A DNA stretch of 62,019 bases, filler included, from Circinaria calcarea (GCA_051942165.1; 17 parts of 17 records of this genome joined end to end with filler, not necessarily neighbours in it), one strand, 5' to 3'. Positions 48,983 through 61,935 are shown, numbered from the whole stretch's first letter. The notes: generated by a model from the letters alone, not told the origin. Numbers and translations are program-made.

Positions 48983-51095
48983 ATGGATTACTCGGGTTAT
49001 TACCCGGGGCTACCAGGCTCAGGAGTACTCCCGGAGACCTCCGACAAAGACCTATGATCCACCATACTATCCACCATACCCTCAACCCTACCGTCCAACA
49101 GGGCAGCTGCAGCCCGAGTACGTGACGAACGACTTACGTGGCACAGGAAAGCGTATCCTGTGGACTATAAATCTTCGCACAGGGCAAAAAATGATAGATG
49201 AGGAGCAGGGATTACCTGCCATAGAAACAAATGGCAAAAATCACATGGTAGAATATAATAAGCTAAAAGCTCCGAAGGACTTTATTCAGCGCAATGTCGA
49301 ATTGCTAGAAATTGTTCAGACACGGTCTATTCCGGAGGACGAGGAAAAGGAAACGGTGATATTGACTGAGCGAGACATAAAAGGCGACGAGAAGGGTAAT
49401 TTGGTTGCTTGCGAGACCCGCTGGATGTAGGTCGATCTTTCTCTATCGGCCTAATGGGACGTAGTCCACTCTGACGCTTTGACAGACATATTCGAAACAA
49501 CCCAATGTCTTTGGACGAATTCCAGGTTAGCGAGGCGACCTTATTAAAGAGAAGTCGTCGACATGGGCTGACATCTCTAAGGCTGTGGCCACAGAAGCTC
49601 CTGGGCTTGCAAAACACGAGATTGGTCTTCTTCTTCGCCTGCTGAGGCGTGTCCGGCACAGTTGTGAAAAGAGTTTTGTACATGGCAAATATCTTTTACC
49701 GGTTGCCTACCGCTACGTCGGGAGGAAAACAAATCTTGAACCTGAAGAGCAATCAAGGGCAACTTTCTTCTCGTTTCCTTATTTCTGCCTCAGACCCTTG
49801 AATACGTCGAAACATCTTGGCAGGCATGCGCCTTTATATCCATCTAGAGCACTTTTACAATCCCACTACCGTTTGGAGTCGACCGGGGACCGCGACAAGG
49901 AACAGGTGGTTCGTAAATTGGGTCATTGGAGGAATGGGGAAGCTCTCCATGTATCTCAACTCTGGTGTACGCTAGTCGATCGGAGTACGTTATCGCCTTT
50001 TATGCTACGTTAGAGCCTAACGGGAACTAATCTTTATAGATAATATAATTACGAATACAGATCTTGACCTCTCTGACTTACTTGGGAAGAACATAAGAGT
50101 TGAGCCGTATTCGGCCACTACCCCAGGCCAGGCAGGCCTATCAATTGTCCAGTATACCGACTTGGAAGGACAACTGTACTTTTTCCCTGTAGCTCAATGC
50201 AAAACCTGGTTTGTAAGTAAACCCGATCCCCATGCACAGCCTCAAGCGAAATTGCACTCCCTGTTGGTTTTACATGTAGAAAGGTCTTTCATCAAGGTTT
50301 TATAATGTCGTGGAGTGGGGAATCAGTTACACGCACTATACCTTAGCCACTCGTTTGACTAATTCAACCAAACAGGAGCTACTTCAAAAGATAGAGCCTA
50401 CTGTTCGTGGATCATTGGATCGGTACGAACTCACTGCTGAGGATGGTCAACTGGTCACCGAGGAAAATTGGTCGAAACGAGCCGAGCAGGAAGAACCCTC
50501 TCGCATACGCTTGACGTTGACACGCAAAATGGTTCCTAGTTATAGCGAGAGAGAGGACACGGAATCGGACGAGAGGTCTTCCGAAACTTCCTCCAACATA
50601 TCCGAAGAATGGCATAAGCTTCGGGAACAAAGCTTGCGCAAAACAGATAACTCAAATCTCATCCAACAATCACATTCGGAGGCTCCAAATAGCGTGGAGT
50701 CAGATGAAAGTGCGGCTAGTAATCCCCTTACTGCCTTCCCTCCAAGGTCAACGCAACCTTCTGCAATCAAGGGGCGTCCCACTGTGACATTTACCGCTCG
50801 GCCGCATTCTCAAGAACCTTCCACGCTAGGCGAGACCCCTTTATCGGTTAAATCAGATAGCGAAGCAAACAACGAAAAAATGGATACTACTATCCCAGAC
50901 ATTCCTCAATCTGCTGACTCCGAGAAGCGCGGGTCAACCGAGTATCTAAGTGCTGTTGGCCTCGATGAAAATTTTACCTATTCAGGTAGATTAGGTGGCG
51001 CACATGGTTACAGATCAAAATCATCACATTACTCTGCTAGACGAGTTTTGTACGAAGAGGATGATGTGGTGCCAATAACTAGATATTCTCGTCAG
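48983..51095 (+). CDS. Large hypothetical protein resembling the N-terminal half of fungal CorA-like-domain proteins (3' partial, start uncertain)
   Basis: Spliced frame: RWIH..MSLDEF, EKSFVHGKYL, ATFFSFPYFCL, RALLQSHYRLEST..RDKEQV, LHVSQLWC, YFFPVAQCKTWF and YELTAEDGQLVTEENW, then an S/E-rich tail. Four GT-AG introns. Confidence 0.65.
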
Positions 51096-51202
51096 NNNNN
51101 NNNNNNNNNNNNNNNNNNNNNNNNNNNNNNNNNNNNNNNTTAATTAATTAANNNNNNNNNNNNNNNNNNNNNNNNNNNNNNNNNNNNNNNNNNNNTGGAT
51201 AG

Positions 51203-51391
51203 ATCAGAGAGATGCTGGATTTATCCGCGAAGAAAGGGGTCAAGCCATGGATCCAGAAGAGGCCATTGAAAGAAGCAAACCAAGCAGTGGTGGATATGGC
51301 TGCGAACAAGGCAAGGTATCGATACGTGCTCGTCAAAGAGAGTCATGTCCAGGAGAGCCAGGCCAACGGCGCGCAGACCAATGGTGCATGA
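51203..51391 (+). CDS. NADP-dependent (cinnamyl/ADH6-like) alcohol dehydrogenase, last exon
   Basis: After an AG acceptor: IREMLDLSAKKGVKPWIQKRPLKEANQAVVDM..KARYRYVLV. Confidence 0.8.
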   Translation: MREMLDLSAKKGVKPWIQKRPLKEANQAVVDMAANKARYRYVLVKESHVQESQANGAQTNGA

Positions 51392-52654
51392 TTAGAAACT
51401 GAAAAGGCTAGGCCTGAAATTTAGCTGCTTTCTGTATATATTTAGGTTACTAGTTAGACATGGATGAAAATTCCCCCTATTATACAAGCATTAAGCTTCA
51501 GTGACTAAAAAAGGTGAACATGATTTATTCTATGTTATAGCATGCTATGCTCTCACAACAGTTTCGACAGATTTGAAAAGTCTGTGAAGGAGATCGATAC
51601 ATGATAATTCAATCCCAACGCCTTTCGGGGGCTGGGGCGCAGAATTCGTTGATGAAAAAACAATCAATGCATAAAAGGGTTGGCCCGTTCTCACTATTTA
51701 ATTTCAAGTCAAAGATTCCATCCCGAGAAATGTTCATCATGACGCTGCAGTCTAGCCAAACGAGGCCGGTGAACAGAAAAGTCGTTGCCGAAAACGATAA
51801 TGTGATAGAGGACTTTGCTCATCTAGAAATCATGGCTCGTTGAACAAATACAAGACATGGTTTAAAACGCTGATGACAGAAAAGCAGTCGCATCCCACGC
51901 CTTCACCTTCACCTCCACCGCCACCAGCACTAGCACCAAGCAATGTCCCCCGCCTTCACAGCTCCTGCAGGGTAAGAACGGTCGCCATCACCGGCGGCCT
52001 GACCGCCATCGCCATCGCCATCGGCTTCGTCCAGCATGGTTTCCAACCTCGCCGTCAACTACCTTGGCGGGTCTGGGCGATTGAGGCCCCTACTCGCGGC
52101 GCTGCGGGTCGGAGATTTCATAATACGAAAGCCGCTTCGTCGCCGTTGCCGGCCAATATGAACGGAACTCGAGACCGGGGGGGCGGGGGGCGAAGAGCTC
52201 GTTCGCTGCGGTAGTGGCCAAGGCCTCCAATAGTGCAGCCGGTGTAGTGCAGTGTTTGCCAAGGCTTCATATAAATAGCGTAGGAAACTCTAAACTTCCA
52301 TTCCACCTCACAGTGCCTTTTTAGTTGTGATCCATCTCTTCTATGGTCTATAGGACCTCGCCTATAGTCTGTGCTTCCGGACTCGGTGCGCGGAGGGAGG
52401 AGAATTGTTGATGCGCAGAGAGAAGAAAGTCGTAATTTAATAAGCATATTATAAAAAACTGTAGCTCGGGGATTAATATAGCGCTAAAACTGTATTCAAT
52501 TATCACGACCTTTTTAGGTGTGATGTTTCTATAAATTACACGACATGTGGTTGAAATTTACCTAATCCGGCCTCATTTCTGGGTCCAGAAATATTAGATT
52601 TTAAATTTTCCCCACCACTAATCTCAACCTAATAAATTAATATGCTCTGTTGCT

Positions 52655-52860
52655 TTCAGAGCCTCGCCCGAACATTACCCGTTGTGATCCAAAACTTTGC
52701 ATTACATGGTCAAGCCAGCATCCCGTGAGCATATCCGAACTATGCCAGGAGTCCACGTCCCCTTGCTCTGCCTGTGTTGGCAGAGGCTCGATCTCTGAGA
52801 AAGCTTCTGATATCTTCATATATGTCTTGGAAAACGTTGCGCCAGACGCTCGTGGGGTAG
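52655..52860 (-). pseudogene. Fragment of an amidohydrolase-2 sugar lactonase (L-rhamnono-lactonase-like)
   Basis: KTYMKISEAFSEIEPLP ... WLDHVMQSFGSQRVMFG resembles the 'YMKLSG.FSE' and 'FG..R.MFGSDWP' motifs. Both ends are missing and SDWP is lost. Confidence 0.55.
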
Positions 52861-52959
52861 CGGCAGATTCTGGGTGATCCTGAATTCAACGTCACGACGT
52901 CATCTCTAAACAACCAGCAGCAATCAGACGGTCGAAAAAAGCATCAATATTTCGAAAAG

Positions 52960-54036
52960 ATGCTGACCATGGCCGTTCCTCCTCCGGGCATCTACGTTCC
53001 CGTGCCGACCTTTTTCGTCCCCAAAGCTGCTTCCAACTACAATGCCTCCGCAGCGCCTCTCGACCTTCCAACCCAAGCCGCCCACGCTATTCACCTAGCG
53101 AAATGCGGCATCCGAGGTATAGTACTGCTTGGCTCAACAGGTGAAGCCATCATGGTCAGCAACGACGAACGAAGGTCTCTTATCGGCCATGTAAGGCTAG
53201 AGCTTGAAAATGCCGGATTCACGAATTACCCAATCATCGCGGGGACGGCAACACAAGGCATTGAAGATACCGTGCAGCAGCTCAAGGATGCGAAAGACGC
53301 GGGCAGTCAATGGGGCTTGGTTCTCGCACCCGGATACTTTGCGCCTGCTGTCAATCAGGATGGAATTATATCTTGGTATACAGCAATCGCCGACAGGACT
53401 CCAATCCCCATTATGATGTTCGTTTCCTCCACCCACCGGTTCCTTTACCATACGTATCTAGCCCCAGTCTAACCCGCATCTGCATCGCACAGCTACCACT
53501 ACCCTGCCGTCTCCAACAACCTCACCTTCACCCCCTCCACAATCACCCACCTCGCCGCCCACCCCAAAATCGTCGGTTGCAAGCTCTCCCACGGTAATCT
53601 CTCCCACCACGCCCAAGTCGCCTCCTCCCCCAGAATCTCTCTCACTAGATTCGCTACCTTTACCGGTCTCGGGCAGCAACTGCTCGCCGTCCTGGCCGTT
53701 GGTGGCGCGGGCGCAATTGACGGCATCGCAGGCATGTTCCCGCGGACCGTCGTCGCGTTGTACAACGGCTATTCAGAGGAGAGCATGAATCGAGAGGAGC
53801 TGAGGGAGTTGCAGTATAAGATCGCGCGGGCGGAGGAGCTGATTGTACAATGGGGGACTGTGGGAGTTAAGGAGGGGGTGAGTCGGGTGCTGGGATTTGG
53901 AGAGAGGGACGGGACGAGACTGCCATTGAAGGGGGGGTTGCCGGATGGGGAGTGGGAAAGGTGGAAGGAGGCTTTTGCGGCGTTAGAAAAGAGGGAGAGG
54001 GAGTTGGCGGAGGAAGCCGGAGAGCATGGGAGGTAG
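52960..54036 (+). CDS. DHDPS/NAL-family class I aldolase
   Basis: PPGIYVPVPTFF, GIVLLGSTGEA, intron 53418-53492, IYHYPAVSN, and Schiff-base Lys in HPKIVGCKLSHG. The start could be 52969. Confidence 0.92.
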
Positions 54037-56677
54037 GATGGTTTTGAAGAAAGAAGAATAAGCGATTGTGAAACCCAGAGAGCATCGACCTAAGCACCAA
54101 TTCCATGCATAGGCACCCATACAAATCAGGGTACGGGTGGGACTAAAACTGCTTCTCTTCCCCTCTTCCTCTCCCTCTTTTCACAGTTCCTCTATCCACT
54201 CTGACGAAAGAAATAAACGCCTCTTACCATGTATCCCGCCCGCCCTCTTCCATTCCAGAGCTAGGGCTAGGGCTCTCCCACCGGTCCCCCGGTCCCAAAT
54301 AAACTATCACACGAGAGTCACCTTATCACTGCGAACAATGAGTACCAATCACGGAAGCTGCGCTGCGCAACCTTGACCGGGAAGCCCCCTCGGTCCTTAG
54401 TTCTTTTTGGCTCGCGTAGGGTTATTTCGAAAAACTCATGTTAAGAACTTTATGGATTAAGCAAAAGGAAAAAGAAAGCTATGGTAGCTCTACTCCTGTT
54501 GTTTCATAACGACGTGAACTTTCAACCCCCCTAGTCCCCATCTCGACACCGCTCCCTGATCAACCTATCAACTCACCAGCTCATCCGGACTGAGCATACT
54601 GCTCCGCTTATAAGGCCTTCGCGCAGGGTGGTACGCTATGCCCCTCCCACTTCCCTCGGTCCCTTCATAATCGCTCTTCCCCTCACTCTCGCTCTCGCTC
54701 TCGCCAGCCTCGACTACTCCGCCCCTGTCCCTCACAGNNNNNNNNNNNNNNNNNNNNNNNNNNNNNNNNNNNNNNNNNNNNTTAATTAATTAANNNNNNN
54801 NNNNNNNNNNNNNNNNNNNNNNNNNNNNNNNNNNNNNAGACGCAAACGGCCATGGAGCAGTGGAACATTTCCAACGTGCGGATGGCGGTGCAGGAGGCGA
54901 GGCTGAGGAGTCCGGTGCCGGAGCAGGCGGATATGAAATATTCTGATTAAATATAAGTTGGGTTACACAAATAATACATGTGCATGAGGGACAAAAAAGG
55001 TCCGAGGCATGGCATAGCGAAGCAAAAGCGCATCGAATGTGTACGATAAATATTGCACCCAAAAAGTTACAAGTAACCAAACGGAAACGGATGCCCCCCA
55101 AAAAAAGGGCGGTGCCAAAGTTGATGAATCCGTATTGGTTAAATAAAAAGCACACAGTAGAAAACCAGCCCTGGTAGGTAGTTCAACTCCATTCGATTCG
55201 ATTCGCTACAGCTACAGCTAGTGTGACGCTTCCTTCATCCCACATCCAACCCCTCAACCCCAAAAAAATAACCCACTCGAGTCCCCATCCCTTCACTTCC
55301 CTTCCCTTCACTTCATACCGCGGTCGGCGGCTCCCGGATTCAGGAACCTCAAACCTATACTGCGATATTTGTATGGCATGGGCCTTGGGGAACTTCAACT
55401 TCAGCTTCGTTTTCGGGTACATCTATCTATTCCTGGAAGTTTGAAAAGGGTTTTCTATTTGGCCTCTTGTGGGTACGGGTACGGGTTTATCGGTTTTGTG
55501 TTTTTTTGTGGATTTTTTTGGGTGGTGGTGGTGATGGTGATAACGGCCCCAGGGAAAAACATGGGCATAATTTTGTGGCTTTTCTTTTTTTTTAAAAAAG
55601 AAACAGAAAAAGAAAATTGTATGGTAGGGGATTTAATTGCGGAGTTGGATGGGATTGGGAAAGGGTGAACTGGGAGAAGGAAGGAAGGATCGGGAATTAT
55701 TCACAGAGAGAGAGAGAGAGAGAGAGAAAGGCCCGTGGTTTTTTGTTTATAAATTACCATTTTGCCGGGGGGTGGGGGATACTACTACCATATGGTACGC
55801 AGAGTATGATAGAGAATGGAGATATTGAGGGGAAGAAAGAACTTTTCGCATATTACAACTTTACACATCACACACATCACACACACATACACACATGTAT
55901 TCCCTATTCCAGGCAGAGAGGCAGAGAGAGGATTATGTGTTTTTCTTTCATTCTTTCTTTCTTAACGCTCGGAACCGAACCCGGAATCGGAAAGCCTGTT
56001 GGAGGAGAAGAAGGAAGAGGGGAAAGGACCCTCCCGTACTCCCGTACAGTAGAGAATTTATCTTAGCAGGTTAGTGTTGGTGCTGTGCTTGTGCTGTGGG
56101 GTGCTTGGTGAGATTTGTTTGGCTATTGATTTGGATTTGGGGGGGGGGGTTGAGAAGTGTGCTGGGAAGAAGTTGGGAAGTGTATTGGAGAGAGAGGGAA
56201 TAGAGGCAAAAAAAAAGAGATAGAGTAGAGAGCACCAAGAACAAAGAGATTTAGGGGGACAGACCTATTCAAAACAAAATACGGCACCCCATCTCATTTT
56301 TTTCTTTTCCCACTTGACTTTTTTACTTCCACTTCCAGTTATGGATGAGTTTATCCTATCCTACAACCCGGACACATGGCACACTTTGGTTCACTGCAGC
56401 CCTTTCAAAAACTCCCAATTCCCGTAGTAGTCGTCCTGGTCGGACATTATGTACAACTACAGTACACACACCCGCCATCCCCGTTATTCTTAAAGATGGG
56501 CCCGTATCCTCGCGTCCTTTGCTCTCACATTCACCTCGCACCTCCGCCTTTTCTTTTTCTCCCTGGATATTCCCTCCTCTCTACTCTACTCATCTCCCTG
56601 TTCCCCCTTCCCTACCTCTGTTATCCCAACTTTCCCAACCCCCATTTCCATTACTACCACCCTCTAAACATCACAAT

Positions 56678-58379
56678 TCACGCACCCACCCTCTTCGATC
56701 TCCTCCTCCCGCTCGTCGCATCTCCATCCCTATCCCCATTCTCCCTCTTCCGCGCGACTGCTGGCTTCTCTTTCTTCTTTGTCGTCGCCTGTGCGGTTGC
56801 GGGTTTGGTTTTGGTTTTTTGGCGTTTGTTAGGCGCAGGTGCGGGGTCTTCTTCTTCTTCGTCTTCGTCATTGGAGTCAGTGGCGATGTTGAGGCCATTG
56901 CGTGCCGAGGGATTAGCCCTTTGCTTTTTAGAGTTGGAAATTTCGGCGCTGGGGTTCGGGGCCGGAGGTTGATTTTGCGAGGAGCGGGATGAGCGTTTCT
57001 TTGGGTGTTCCAGGAGATCGTGATCATTTGCATCCTCTAGTTTTGACGGTTTTGTAGGGGCAGGGACAGGGGCGGCGCGTTTCCTGCCTCGCTTCGGCTT
57101 TGGCTCGTCTATTTCTTCTTCTTCTTCGTCGTCGACTTCGTGCTCACTTGCGGTTTCTGCTTTAGCTATTCCTTTGGCTGCTTTTTTAGGTGCGACACGC
57201 TTCTTTCCCTTTTTCAATTTTTCCACTTCTCCCGCTTCTCCATTACCCTCGTCCTTGACATCCCCAGCTACCGGCCCCGTTTTCTTCTGCACACTAGGCA
57301 CCACCGCGCTGGTACGACCGCCGACAGTCAAGAAGACTATCTTGGCGCCGTTGGGTAGTTGATTCGGACTGTCCTTTTTACCTTTTCCCCAGCGGTGTTT
57401 GAAAAGCCAGGTTTCGGGGAACTTGCTGGAGTCGGCGAGGGTAGAGACGGCAAGGGAGCAGACGTCGTGGAGGGAGGTATAGAGACGGGAAATTTGGGCC
57501 GGGGAGAGGGTGTTGCTGTATTGTTCAGGGTGGATTTGGGCGTCGTAAAGGATTTCATCGCTTTTGATCCGAGGTTAGTTTTATCAAGACTAAGGAGGGG
57601 ATGTCCAGCATGGAATTATGTACCCGACCCAATTTCCAACACCACTGATGTTGGCCTGGTCTAAGAGCAGGGCCTTTACTGGAATCTTTTTACTCTTCAA
57701 CTTATCCCGTAGCCATTCCTCGGTTAAGATGTCCTGGTCGATAACGGGATCAGGTCCATTCTCCTTGAGTGGCGAAGTGTTACGCATTTCCTCGGCTGGA
57801 CAATCGATGAGTCGTATCCGAGCGAATCGACGGGAGTCAACAAAGGCGGCTTCACTCCTTGGGGTTTCGACGGTCTCTAGAGCAAACTTCCAGTACTTGG
57901 GTGGCCAAGCTTCGTCGGGATCGGGGGTGGCATTGACTTTGTATTTGCCGGTTTCGACACCGCGAAGTTTGAACCAGCCTGCCATGCCAAAGTGCATGAG
58001 GGGGTGTGGAGGAGAAGACATGACCATCCTAGAACACCCTATCAGTCATTCCCCTAATGAGTCCTTTGAATACGAGAATGAGCAGGGCATAGGAGCGCAT
58101 GAACAAGTCTGTAAAGCACAGGCTGGCGTCAAAGTAGAATGGGCAAGTCCATTTCGCCAATACATTGGAAGTTCAATAAACTTTTACCAAGATAAAAAAT
58201 CTATTGATAGATATGGATGGACACAGAACCCCAAAAATAAACACAGGCGTCCTACCAAAAGTACTTTCCCTGCTGCTTCGCATCCAAGACTTTCTTGCCT
58301 GTCAAGGCCTTTTCGAACTCGGCGGCCGAAGTGCCAACCTTGCCAAAGACATTCTCGTCATGCTGGGCCCTGACGACGG
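56678..58379 (-). CDS. Formamidopyrimidine-DNA glycosylase (fungal/plant-type Fpg/MutM), 5' partial
   Basis: Exons 58379-58256, 58028-57624 and 57560-56678. QGKYFW, MHFGMAGW, FVDSRRFARI, H2TH KALLLDQANISGVGNWVGDEILY, VGGRTS, then a long K/E-rich tail. Confidence 0.93.
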
Positions 58380-58479
58380 NNNNNNNNNNNNNNNNNNNNN
58401 NNNNNNNNNNNNNNNNNNNNNNNTTAATTAATTAANNNNNNNNNNNNNNNNNNNNNNNNNNNNNNNNNNNNNNNNNNNN

Positions 58480-58779
58480 GGCGGGGGGTTGGGCTATTAG
58501 GTCTGTGGTGTTATCAGCTTTCGTTACGGGGACGCGTTCTCGGGTTAGAGGGGGGAGGAATTCCGTACAGGCGGGTTCCTCGGCAAAGACATTGCTGGTA
58601 TTATAGTAGTAAACTCCTGCTGCCGCGAGACCCCATCGTACTACACTACTTTTCCAGCTCCGAGACTTTTGCTCCGGTGGCGCGGTACTGAGGAGTCGCT
58701 GCCGCGTAGAGGAGCGGAGGGCGGGTAATGAGCGGTAGAACAGAGAGCGTGCAGCGGTTCTATACAGTGTGGGAGGCAT
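58480..58779 (-). CDS. MIA40: Mitochondrial IMS import protein Mia40, N-terminal fragment
   Basis: Arg-rich presequence, then RSWKSSVVRWGLAAAGVYYYNTSNVFAEEP as in filamentous-fungal Mia40. Intron 58568-58503. The CPC and CX9C motifs are not in the window. Confidence 0.7.
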
Positions 58780-59105
58780 GCCAAAGGAAAGTGATGTACA
58801 AGATTGTTTGATCCGAGTGACTTTGAGAGAGGACAAACGTCAAGCTTGGCGATCTTTAAACATTTTTTTGGTCAGCAAATGGGCTCACGCGAAGCGGAAG
58901 TGCCTCCGGGAGATGACGATTAGCGTGGGGAACGGATCTTGAAGAGCGCCGATCTTTGAGCTGCAACTTCTCCAATGATCTAATTGGATATGTCCTTAGA
59001 ATATGCCATTGAGATGTCTTTTCATTTTGCACGTCCATCGCTCAGTTAGAGAGTGCACAACTTCGGGGTTTTGATTTTTCATCCTGTCCAGCCTTCATCT
59101 GCAAG

Positions 59106-60469
59106 ATGTCCAGCACCAGAAGTGGCTGCCAATCACATTCTGCCGTTGTACAGAACTCTAATGTCAAACACAAAAGCACTGAAGGCGTTCAGAGAAAAGA
59201 GTGGAATCCTGCGAAGTTTCTCTCTAGAATAGCAGGGCTTGATGATCCATATGCAGTAGTGATTTTAAATCAACCAATCGAGAACGTACATCTCTTTCTA
59301 CAGGTCTGCCGCCAAGGTCAGTCATTCTTCACGGGTAAATTTTTTTTTTAAAGCTGATCACAGCCCCAGCTCTGTATATTGTCTGTGCAGACGGTGGCGC
59401 CAATCGGGTCAAGGATCTCAACCTGTCCGAGACAGATGAAATAAGCTGCGTCTGTATTTGACATCGAAGCCTTAAGACACTACTGCTGATAGTGGTGCAG
59501 AAGATTGATGCTATCTGCGGTGACCTCGACTCCTTACGGCCAGAGGTTGGGCAGTACTACAAGGATTTAGGGTCCCATATTATAGAGGACCCCGATCAGT
59601 ACTCAACGGACTTTACGAAATGCTTAAAACATATTAATAATATTGCAACAGCCCCATCCCGGCATAGCGATGAAAAGCCTAGATTTGAATGGATGATTCG
59701 TAGCTCAGCTGGTACTTTTGATGTCGCTGTCATTGGTGGGTTTGGCGGAAGAGCTGATCAGGCATTTTCCCAAATGCACCACCTCTACTCTGCTAGTGAC
59801 GAAAAAGGAAAGCATTACAATGACATTTACTTAATTGGAGCCGAGAGCATCGTATTTCTCTTACACAAGGGACTGAACAGGATTCAGACACCAGTCGCAC
59901 CTAAATTCTTGGGCGAATGCATTGGTATCATACCTATTGCACGGCCATCCATCATTACCACTCGAGGGCTCGAGTGGGATGTTGACAAGTGGCCAACAGA
60001 ATTTGGTACACAAATCAGCACGAGCAACCACATCAGGGCCAGCCATGTTGAAATTGAATCGTCAGAGAAAGTCCTCTTTACCATCGAGATTGCGCAGAAG
60101 CCAGGGCAGGAGAAGGCTCACCATCGTGCCAAACGCCGAAAGATCAGCCATGATCTTGACAATTCAAACCCTGCTGCTGAATTAGTAGAGGCAGCGAATA
60201 CCCTGAGCACAGGCATGGAGAGCTCGTCTACTTCCTCGAAGAATCAATCGAACGGCCCCGTGCCGTCAGTTTCGAGCGCAGACATCGCTAAACGGTTAGA
60301 TCGTGTCGAGAACCTGCTAGACAGAATGGTTACCATGTATGAGGAAACGAGCGAGAACCAACAGATAGAGTCCAAAGCAAACGCCACGGTCCTACAAACA
60401 GTCCTAGAACTTCTCCGCAAACCCAGCAAGAAAGAGGAGATGGACAAGGCAAGATTAGCCGAGAGCTAG
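59106..60469 (+). CDS. THI80: Thiamine pyrophosphokinase with C-terminal extension
   Basis: Exons 59106-59316, 59370-59449 and 59501-60469. VILNQPI, CADGGANR, ICGDLDS, DQYSTDFTKC, GGFGGRADQ, TRGLEWD and ISTSNH. Confidence 0.95.
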
Positions 60470-61151
60470 TCGAAAATAGCTCGTAGTTGGCCACCCTTCA
60501 CTTGCTCGCTCGAGTTATCATCCCAATTCTGTCACCGCGTTGGCTCATCAACGTCGCCTATGGGTTTCAACCAGACGGGGGTTGTGCAGTACATGACAGA
60601 ATGTATGGATGGGATGATGGGGTCGGTAATGCTGTTTTTGATGCATAGAAGACTACCCATTACCTTTTTTCGATCATTCTTACCCCACTAATCGATAGTC
60701 TGCCTCTAGAGTAGAGTAGAATAGAATAGAGAGGATTACTATAGCAACAAAAGAGCTAAAAGTTGGACTTGAAAAGAACAGAGGCCTTCTAGCCCACAAT
60801 TACTTCACCTGATATATATTCTATACGTTTATACAAGGTAAGTAACTGGTGCCAAAGGTCAAGAACCTTACGCTAAAGCTGCCTGGTAGGATCCATCGAT
60901 TCACATTCACCAATAAAGCCAATGGAAACTTATCACTCTAGGATAAGCAGCGCGGCTCGAGATTGCTCCTTTGGCGCGGTCAGATTTTCCATCGTCAAGA
61001 CGACATTTTGAATTCATTATAGCAAAAGAACCATCGTATGCACGTTTCCAATATGCCCGCTTTTTTAAATGAACCAACCCGCATCTCCAACCGGTTTCCC
61101 ACACACCATATAGTACATAAATTCTCCCCCTCTCCTCCATCCCTCTTACCC

Positions 61152-61935
61152 CTAATCCCACCCCTTCTCCGGCCAGCCTTCGGGCATGGTCGAATACGGC
61201 GGTAACTTGTACCGTCCCTCGCAGGCCCTCTCCGTGCAGGTGAGGTTGCAATAGCCAAACGTCCGGCAGTAGCACTCCTGCGCCGGCGGGCAGTGCACAG
61301 CCGCTTTCCCGAAGATCATGTGCCACGAATACTCCAGGATGCGCCCGCTCGTGTTGTCGGCCAGATCGGTCGTCAGGAGCCAGTCCCGGTAACGGATGTA
61401 ATCGGCCAGTGGTCGGGCGAGGATTCGGGACTTGGTGACGGCGAATCTGGTAGGAAAGGGGAGGGCGGGTTAGCGGAGTTAAAAAGAGTTGGAACTGAGG
61501 GCATCGGGGGGAAAATCAAGGGAAATTTTTACTTACTGAGCACAGCAGCCCACGCCTACCACTTCGGGCACGAGCATATCGGGGAAAAGTTCCATGAACG
61601 CAGCTCGGTACTGCGTCTCCGACTCCTTATCTCCCACTTCATACTTCTTGTTCGGGTGGATCTCGGCGGGACAGCCGAGCGTCCAGCAGCAGCGCAGATT
61701 GGCGTAGCCTTCTTCGTGGATGTGGCTCACTCGAAGGTTCTGGAGGACCGGGATGCCATCTATGGCACACAAAAACACGGGGTGTCAGTCCTCCGGTTTC
61801 CAAAAATTTAAGAGAGGAGGGCGAGAGGATGAAGAAACCGTACCGTACATCGGATCGTCATTGTGCCACTGGTACCGCAAACTATGCAGGAAGACCGTCA
61901 CGTTGGGTAGGTTGTTGTAGTTGTCGATGATGAAA
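61152..61935 (-). CDS. DUF3431-family protein (5' partial)
   Basis: Exons 61935-61844, 61759-61537 and 61446-61152. FIIDNY..LP..VFLH..RYQWHNDD, GYANLRC..GCP, CCAQFAV and SGRILEYSWHMIFG. Confidence 0.88.

Noticed and set aside
54838..56340. Short C-terminal frame at the contig start and GA/T-rich ORFs
   Set aside because: Too short to identify. The rest is low-complexity intergenic DNA with a (GA)n tract.
56345..58373. Long + strand ORFs (215, 198 and 251 aa)
   Set aside because: Antisense shadows of the Fpg gene.
58780..59105. 326-bp divergent spacer between MIA40 and THI80
   Set aside because: Short bidirectional promoters are common in compact fungal genomes. No riboswitch-like motif recognised.
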